Assembly: GCA_050252455.1 (NCBI GenBank)
Contig: JBFWKW010000001.1
Location: 161,151-225,150 of the forward strand
Length of the DNA stretch: 64,000 nt
Source of the DNA: Campylobacterales bacterium
GTDB lineage: Bacteria > Campylobacterota > Campylobacteria > Campylobacterales > UBA6016
Direction: 5' to 3'
The translations under genes and the position numbers were made by a program. The notes under the pieces are model-generated. The model did no database searches, was not told the origin of the DNA, and was given only the letters and a program-made list of their open reading frames with translations. This document shows, one piece after another, positions 58,167 to 64,000 of the stretch. Numbering within the stretch: the first letter of the stretch is position 1; every line of letters starts with the position of its first letter.

Positions 58167-59828
58167 ATGAAAAAATACTTTTTGGCAGGAATAGGCGCGG
58201 TAGTTGTAGCCGTAATTTTAGTATTTAGCTTTGATTCGCAGGCAAAGGTCACGGAGGGCAATGTTGGCGGCTTTACGGTGGCTAGCTACAACGTAGAGAA
58301 CTTATTTGACATGGTCGCAAACGGCAGTGAATATCCGGAATATATACCAAATTTCAAAGGCTGGGATGAAAAGGCGCATGCTACAAAGCTAGCCAATACT
58401 GCACATGTAATCAAGGATATAAATGCAGATATCATGGCTCTGCAAGAGGTGGAAAATGAAAACGCCCTAAAAGAGCTGCTTGTCCAGCTAAAAAAAGAGG
58501 GTGTAAGCTACCCGTATTATGTAATCACCAAAAACGAAAAAACGGCGGTACAAAACGTCATTATCTCTAAATTTAAAATCACTTCGCATAAGGAGATAGA
58601 GCTGCCAAGACAGTATAGGGACAGGCCGATACTAAAAGCCGTCGTGCAAATAGGTGCGAACGAGCTAGTAGTGTATGCCAACCACTGGAAGGCGAAAACA
58701 GGGCCGGAGAGCAAGAGAATCGAGTATGCCAATGCGCTTGCGGCCGATATTGCCAAGTTGTCCGAAGATACGGACTTTGTGTTGCTTGGGGATTTTAACT
58801 CCAACTACAATGAGATGGAGAGCTTTGCAAACGACAAAAAACTCAACGATACAAACGGCTTAACCGGAATCAACCACATCATCAAGACGGCAAAATCGAC
58901 CCCAAATACGAAACTGCAAATGGCGGACAAAGTGGACGTGATAGCAAATGCAAAAAGCGGCTATATGTACAATTTGTGGCTGGAGCTTCCAAAATACGAG
59001 CGTGTTAGCGAATGGTTTGCAAAGGACAAAAACACCCCCGATAACATCATAGTTCCAAGGGCTATGTTTGATAAAAAAGGGATATCGTATGACGACGGCA
59101 GCTTCAAGGTATTTGCACCCTCTTATCTTCTCAAAAACGGCAGAGCCTTCAGATGGGAGAGCGGCGGCAAAAGCAAGAAGTTTAGCGTGCCACAGGGATA
59201 TTCGGACCATCTTCCGGTAATTGCGAAGTTTCGTGTAGGGCCGTTTGATGCAAAAGACGATACGAAAGTACCGCAGGCAAGTAAAGCCCAAAATGCGCAG
59301 ATGCCGATAAAGACCGTCAACATATCGGAGCTTTATTCTATGGGCGGGAATGTAGATGTGCTCGTCAAAAATGCGGCCGTCGTATATAAGCATCAAGATA
59401 GCCTTGTTATAAAACAAAAAAACGGTCGTGCGATATTTGTATACAGGGCTCCGGCGGAGATGCAAATCGGCGGGGTATATGATGTGAGAATAGGGGCTAT
59501 AGAGGACTATCACGGGCTAAAAGAGGCAAAAAATATCATAGACCATAAAAAGACGGGGGAAATCAACCCCTCTTCTTTGATGATAGGTGCAAACTTCGAC
59601 CTTTCCGATAAGGGTCTTCAAAATGAGATAGTTAGCGGAGTTACGGGTCTTTTTAGCAAGGGCAAGTTTGTTTACGGTGATGGCAAAGAGATAAAAATGT
59701 ATTTTAGAGACAAGACGTTAAAGCCGAAAAATCTGACCCAAATTACCCTAAAGTCTGCTCATATCGGTTTTTACAATGAGCCGCAAATTATTATTTACAA
59801 GCAAGACGACTTTGAGATTGTGAAATAG
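58167..59828 (+). CDS. secreted endonuclease/exonuclease/phosphatase (EEP)-family nuclease with a C-terminal OB-like extension
   Basis: N-terminal TM/signal. FTVASYNVENLFD, ALQEVEN, LLGDFNS, YSDHLPV. About 170 extra C-terminal residues. Confidence 0.8.
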   Translation: MKKYFLAGIGAVVVAVILVFSFDSQAKVTEGNVGGFTVASYNVENLFDMVANGSEYPEYIPNFKGWDEKAHATKLANTAHVIKDINADIMALQEVENENALKELLVQLKKEGVSYPYYVITKNEKTAVQNVIISKFKITSHKEIELPRQYRDRPILKAVVQIGANELVVYANHWKAKTGPESKRIEYANALAADIAKLSEDTDFVLLGDFNSNYNEMESFANDKKLNDTNGLTGINHIIKTAKSTPNTKLQMADKVDVIANAKSGYMYNLWLELPKYERVSEWFAKDKNTPDNIIVPRAMFDKKGISYDDGSFKVFAPSYLLKNGRAFRWESGGKSKKFSVPQGYSDHLPVIAKFRVGPFDAKDDTKVPQASKAQNAQMPIKTVNISELYSMGGNVDVLVKNAAVVYKHQDSLVIKQKNGRAIFVYRAPAEMQIGGVYDVRIGAIEDYHGLKEAKNIIDHKKTGEINPSSLMIGANFDLSDKGLQNEIVSGVTGLFSKGKFVYGDGKEIKMYFRDKTLKPKNLTQITLKSAHIGFYNEPQIIIYKQDDFEIVK

Positions 59829-60911
59829 CTAGCTTTGAAGCCTGTATTCAAAGATATTTTTGCCACCCTCATATTCTAAAGATATTTGGATTCGGTATTT
59901 TTCCGTTATCTCTTTAACTATGTGAAGTCCTATGCCGTGCCCTTGTTTGCCCTCCGATTCCCTCTCGAACCTCTCAAAAATGGCAGTTTTATTTTTGATG
60001 GGTCTCCCCTCGTTTGCGAAGCTCATCACTATTTCCGTTCCGTCTAGTTTCAACTTTATATAAATAGGGGCTTGTTGCTTTCCGTACTTTATGGCATTGG
60101 AGATATTGTTGTCGATTAGGTATTCGATTTCCGTTTTATTGATATCAAACCAAATATGATCCTCTATGTCGGCTATTATCTCTTTGTCGTTTACGGCGGC
60201 GACTATCGAGAACATTTTTATTCTCTCCCGCAAAATCGCAGAAATATCGAGCATATCCTTTAAAAATTCGACATAGTCACGCTGAGCCTGATATGCCAGG
60301 TTGTCGTATATGTGCTCCATGAGTGTTACGGAGGAGCTTATTTGTTCTTTTATCTCTTTTGACTCTTCGCCGAGCATTTGTTGTGATATTTTGATTACGG
60401 CAATCGGCGTTCGCACTTGATGGATTGAGTTACTAGTGAAGGTTTTGAAATTATCAAGCAGCTCTTTGTTTTTGGCGGCAGAGGCTTTGAGGGAGTCTAA
60501 TAGGCTATTGTATATTTGTATTGTAGTGGCGATTTCATCGTCTTTGCATATTAGTTTTGGAGGGGCGCAGTTCTCCCCTTTTTCCATTTTGCTTTTTAGT
60601 TCGGCGAGCGGTTTTATTATTCTTATGTAGGCTATTGCCAGAGAGAAAACAAGCATTGATAGTGAAAGCATCAAAAATGCGGACATTTTGAGCCGCAGCG
60701 CCGCAAGTTCGCTTTCCCATTTTTGCGATATGTTTGGTTGTCCCTTGCGTGCCTCGTCTTGCGAGCGTATAGATAGTACGTTGATTTTTGAGGTAAGTTC
60801 CATTTTTTGAAAGAGCAGGTCCCTGCTTGTCTGATAGCTAAAATACGTAAACAAAAAAAGAACTGCCGTGGATGAGATAACCAAAAGCAAAAATAGCCGC
60901 TTGATGCTCAC
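59829..60911 (-). CDS. membrane sensor histidine kinase
   Basis: 360 aa with 2 TM segments. H-box NSIHQVRTPIAVI, N-box DNNISNAIKYG, GHGIGLHI. GTG start. Confidence 0.8.
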   Translation of the reverse strand: MSIKRLFLLLVISSTAVLFLFTYFSYQTSRDLLFQKMELTSKINVLSIRSQDEARKGQPNISQKWESELAALRLKMSAFLMLSLSMLVFSLAIAYIRIIKPLAELKSKMEKGENCAPPKLICKDDEIATTIQIYNSLLDSLKASAAKNKELLDNFKTFTSNSIHQVRTPIAVIKISQQMLGEESKEIKEQISSSVTLMEHIYDNLAYQAQRDYVEFLKDMLDISAILRERIKMFSIVAAVNDKEIIADIEDHIWFDINKTEIEYLIDNNISNAIKYGKQQAPIYIKLKLDGTEIVMSFANEGRPIKNKTAIFERFERESEGKQGHGIGLHIVKEITEKYRIQISLEYEGGKNIFEYRLQS

Positions 60912-60922
60912 CTAAAATCTTT

Positions 60923-61558
60923 TCACTTTATGAAATATCCCATATCTCTACGATTTTCTATGAGCTTGACGGGGATTTTTTTGCTTAGGCGCATTACGAG
61001 TTGTCTGATGTGCGGCGTGTCGTCGTTACCCCATATGGCATAGCTTATTTGGTCAAAACCCACCAGCTTGCCTCTATTTGCTACCAAAAGATGAATCAAT
61101 TTGCTCTCATTTTTGGTAAGGTCAATCTCTTCTGCGCCGTAAAATAGTTTGTGGCTTGTTTTATCATATGAGAGGTCTCCGGCAAGCTGTATCATTTCGC
61201 TTCTTTTTTGTGTCATTGCCAGGATTTTTAGCTCTAGCTCTTTGACGTCGAAAGGTTTTTTGACATAGTCGGAGCAGCCGAGCTTGAAGCCGTTGAGTAC
61301 GTCTTTTGTTTCGGTGTAAGCGCTAATGAGTATTACCGGTGTTTTCGGGTCTGAGTTTTTGATGAATTCCAGTATCTCAAAGCCGTTGAAATCGGGAACG
61401 TTGATGTCAAGGACAAAAGCGTCGAAGTCGTATAGATTTGCACTCTCTAGCAGTGTTCTACCGTCCTCGAAATCTACAACCTCAAACCCTCTTTTGGTCA
61501 GGTAAGAGCTGATATTTCTTCTAAGTAAAACCTCGTCTTCCAAAAGTAATATTTTCAT
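60923..61558 (-). CDS. OmpR-family response regulator
   Basis: REC domain (ILLLEDE...VLDINVPDFNG...KPF) plus a winged-helix output domain (LTKNESKLIHLL...). 211 aa. Confidence 0.9.
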   Translation of the reverse strand: MKILLLEDEVLLRRNISSYLTKRGFEVVDFEDGRTLLESANLYDFDAFVLDINVPDFNGFEILEFIKNSDPKTPVILISAYTETKDVLNGFKLGCSDYVKKPFDVKELELKILAMTQKRSEMIQLAGDLSYDKTSHKLFYGAEEIDLTKNESKLIHLLVANRGKLVGFDQISYAIWGNDDTPHIRQLVMRLSKKIPVKLIENRRDMGYFIK

Positions 61559-62583
61559 TTTTGCTCTCCAAAACAGACTTTAAAAGATACGGAATCATCT
61601 TCGTTTGTAACGGTAATTTTAGCCCCATTGTACTCACATATTTTTAGTGTTATGTGAAGCCCAAGTCCTAGGCCGCTGCTCTCTTTTGACCCTTTGTAGA
61701 ATTCTTCGAATAGTTTAACCGAATTTTCTATACGTCTACATCTATTTTCAGCCTCAAAGCAAGGTTGCCCCTCTTTTTGCGACACTCTTATTTTGATACT
61801 CGTATTTCCGACGGAGTGTTTGGCGGCATTTGACAGTAGATTGTCCACCACCCTCTCTAGCTCCGATTCGGCCCAGAATATAGAGATTTCGTTGTCTATA
61901 CTCTCTAGTTCAAATGAGCATTTATACGCCGCGGCGAGCACCTTTAGATACTCCGCCCTGCTTTTGACAAATTCGCCTAGCGGTATCATTTTTTTATCCG
62001 AGTCTTGTCTGTATGAGCCCAAAAAGTAGGCCATATTTTTGTAGACGCCTTGCAGCGTTGTCGAAGCCGAGGCTATCGAGTCAACGTATTCACTCTCCCC
62101 ATAGTCCATTTTTTGCATTTGAAGGCTCGTGTCTATGACCGATAGCGGTATGATGAACTCATGGGCGGCCATCTTAAGCAGGAAGTCAAGCGAATTTGTT
62201 AGTCTCGATATTTCAAGATGGGTTTTTACCCTTGCGACGACTTCGGCCGTACTAAACGGTTTTGATATGTAGTCGACAGCCCCCTCTTTAAAGGCTTTTA
62301 GCTTGGTTTCGTCGTCGTTTAGAGCGGTCAAGAATATGACGGGGGTGTTCTCTAGCCCTTTTATGTTTTTTAGCTTTTGAAATACCTCAAAGCCGTCCAT
62401 TTGTGGCATCATAATATCAAGCAAAACCAAGTCAGGTCTTATTTCCGTTGCTACATTTAGGCCGCTTTCCCCGCTCCTGGCAAAAAACAGCTCGTAGTTT
62501 AGATTTGCCAAAGAATCTTCCAATACGGATAGATTCATAGGGCTGTCGTCTACTATTAGAATTTTTTGCTTTACAACGCTCAT
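61555..62583 (-). CDS. REC-domain / histidine-kinase hybrid (N-terminal receiver, C-terminal DHp-HATPase)
   Basis: ILIVDDSPMN...LLDIMMPQMDG...SKPF, then MAAHEFIIPLSVI, LLSNAAKHS, GLGLGLHI. ATGA overlaps on both sides. Confidence 0.8.
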   Translation of the reverse strand: MSVVKQKILIVDDSPMNLSVLEDSLANLNYELFFARSGESGLNVATEIRPDLVLLDIMMPQMDGFEVFQKLKNIKGLENTPVIFLTALNDDETKLKAFKEGAVDYISKPFSTAEVVARVKTHLEISRLTNSLDFLLKMAAHEFIIPLSVIDTSLQMQKMDYGESEYVDSIASASTTLQGVYKNMAYFLGSYRQDSDKKMIPLGEFVKSRAEYLKVLAAAYKCSFELESIDNEISIFWAESELERVVDNLLSNAAKHSVGNTSIKIRVSQKEGQPCFEAENRCRRIENSVKLFEEFYKGSKESSGLGLGLHITLKICEYNGAKITVTNEDDSVSFKVCFGEQK

Positions 62584-64000
62584 ATCATCCCCTTTTCTTT
62601 TTCAAAACGTATTACTTCGTTTACAACCCCATCCATATCGAATAAGTCGGCAAAGTGCGATAGCCTGGCCTTGAGGGCTTCGCTTTTTATTTCCGATATG
62701 CTTTGTTTGAGGGCGCTAATGCGGCCTTGCCTGGCGTATTCGAGTATTTCATCTTTTATTTTTGAGTCTATGTCCGGCTCGGCGGCATATTTTACATCTT
62801 TGTACGAGTCGATATTTGTGTGCTGGCGCACATCGTCCGATGGCTCAAGGTATAGGTCAAAATAAAACCTGGTTCCAACGCCTATTTCTGACTCTACCGA
62901 TATTTCGGAGTCCATGGCGGCAAGATAACTCTTAACGATAAAAAGACCGAGTCCGTTTCCGCCGAGCTGCTTGGTTTCGACTTGAACAAACGGTTCAAAT
63001 ATCTTTGCAAGATTGCTTTTTGCTATTCCCTTGCCGCTATCTGATACCTCAAACCTGTAGCGGTTTTTTGAGGCGCTTGCTATCAGCAGCTTGACCTCAC
63101 CGCCGCCGTCCGTGAAATTTATCGCATTTGACAATAGGTTTGAGAGCGCTCTCGTTAGCTTCTGCTTATCGCCGAAGACTCCGATGTTGCCGTTAATTTC
63201 ACAGGAGATATCGAGTTTGATATTTTTCTGGGTAGCAAGAGGGGTAAAAAGTGCCGCAAGATTGGTCTTTAGCTCGTCGATATAGAATTTTTCGCGATAT
63301 AGTTTTATTTTGCCGGACTCTATTCTGGCGATATCGGTCATATCCGAGGCTATATCCAGTATGTAATATGCGGAGCTTAGCATCGATTCTAACTGCTTTT
63401 TCTTTTTCTCATCCATGGATTCGTCGTTTGCGAGTATCGAAGCAAAGCCGATTATGGAGTTTAGGGGCGTTTTGATGTCGTGCGCCATATTTGACAGAAA
63501 GAGGCTTTTTGACTCATTGGCCGCTTTTAGCCTCTCCGTTTTCTCGCAAACGATACTTTCTAGGTTTCTATTTAGCTCAAGCAGCTCCCGTCTCGCCGTT
63601 TCCTTTTGTCTATCTATCCGCCACAACACCCCGACCAATATGATTAATATAAGATTTATTGCCAATATAACGAAGTTGAGGCTGTCTAGTTTTTCCAAGA
63701 GGGCGGCATGTCTGAAAGTCACTTTTCCCCATCTTGAATTTTCAAACTCTTCAAGTAGCAAAGAGACCTCTTTTTTTAGCGCCGCCATTTGCTCTTTGTT
63801 TTTTGATTTTGCCTGATTGTCGTTGTCGGATGCCTGCTCTTTAGCTATTGAGACCATAAGCATTAGTTTATGTCTAGTTTGGTTGATAATGTCGCTTCCG
63901 GCAAAATCTTCACCGTTTACGATGCCAATAGTCGCCCTTAGCGTCTCGATTGAGTTGTCTAGTTTTGTTATATTATTTTCCGTAACACCTTCCGTAAACG
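62580..64000 (-). CDS. membrane sensor histidine kinase, 5' end outside the window
   Basis: The frame stays open from 63863 to the window edge (…TRHKLMLMVSIAKEQ). TM LNFVILAINLILIILVGVLW, H-box NMAHDIKTPLNSI, GNGLGLFI, plus about 100 aa of C-terminal extension. Confidence 0.8.
   Translation of the reverse strand, partial: FTEGVTENNITKLDNSIETLRATIGIVNGEDFAGSDIINQTRHKLMLMVSIAKEQASDNDNQAKSKNKEQMAALKKEVSLLLEEFENSRWGKVTFRHAALLEKLDSLNFVILAINLILIILVGVLWRIDRQKETARRELLELNRNLESIVCEKTERLKAANESKSLFLSNMAHDIKTPLNSIIGFASILANDESMDEKKKKQLESMLSSAYYILDIASDMTDIARIESGKIKLYREKFYIDELKTNLAALFTPLATQKNIKLDISCEINGNIGVFGDKQKLTRALSNLLSNAINFTDGGGEVKLLIASASKNRYRFEVSDSGKGIAKSNLAKIFEPFVQVETKQLGGNGLGLFIVKSYLAAMDSEISVESEIGVGTRFYFDLYLEPSDDVRQHTNIDSYKDVKYAAEPDIDSKIKDEILEYARQGRISALKQSISEIKSEALKARLSHFADLFDMDGVVNEVIRFEKEKGMI

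Noticed and set aside
58860-59513. 217-aa minus-strand ORF
   Set aside because: It is antisense to the EEP nuclease gene, which has all of its catalytic motifs. It has no RBS or recognisable motifs.

Overview
This 64-kb window looks like a Campylobacter-like (Campylobacterota) chromosome, mid-40s % GC by eye. It spans the replication-origin neighbourhood: queF-gyrB-dnaN-dnaA on the minus strand diverge from ruvC-thyX on the plus strand. I count about 75 protein genes and 2 tRNAs (Ala-GGC; a CAT-anticodon Met/Ile2). I found no rRNA, CRISPR array, transposase or integrase. Most of the content is core housekeeping: gyrB, dnaN, dnaA, ruvC, trpB/trpA, hemH, typA, eno, recA, murB, tsaD, dxr, cdsA, leuC, purT, aroK and the flagellar fliK-flgD-flgE genes with sigma54 promoters. 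The patches worth a second look are: (1) an eight-gene periplasmic NarG/SerA/PcrA-type molybdoenzyme operon (2282-10467) headed by a secreted rhodanese, with a heme-b/cytochrome-c fused gamma subunit and no assignable substrate; (2) a duplicated DUF1538-like membrane protein coupled to two divergent PII-like proteins (48.5-51.8 kb); (3) DnaA-box clusters on both sides of dnaA; (4) a tandem-fused ThyX; (5) an OlsF-like bifunctional aminolipid acyltransferase; (6) a four-gene multi-kinase two-component operon next to a secreted EEP nuclease; (7) two small low-GC islets (tRNA-Met flank; leuC flank with VapBC). All protein calls rest on motifs I recognise in the supplied translations. No database search, alignment or statistics could be run, so family names are recollection-based and substrates are inference.
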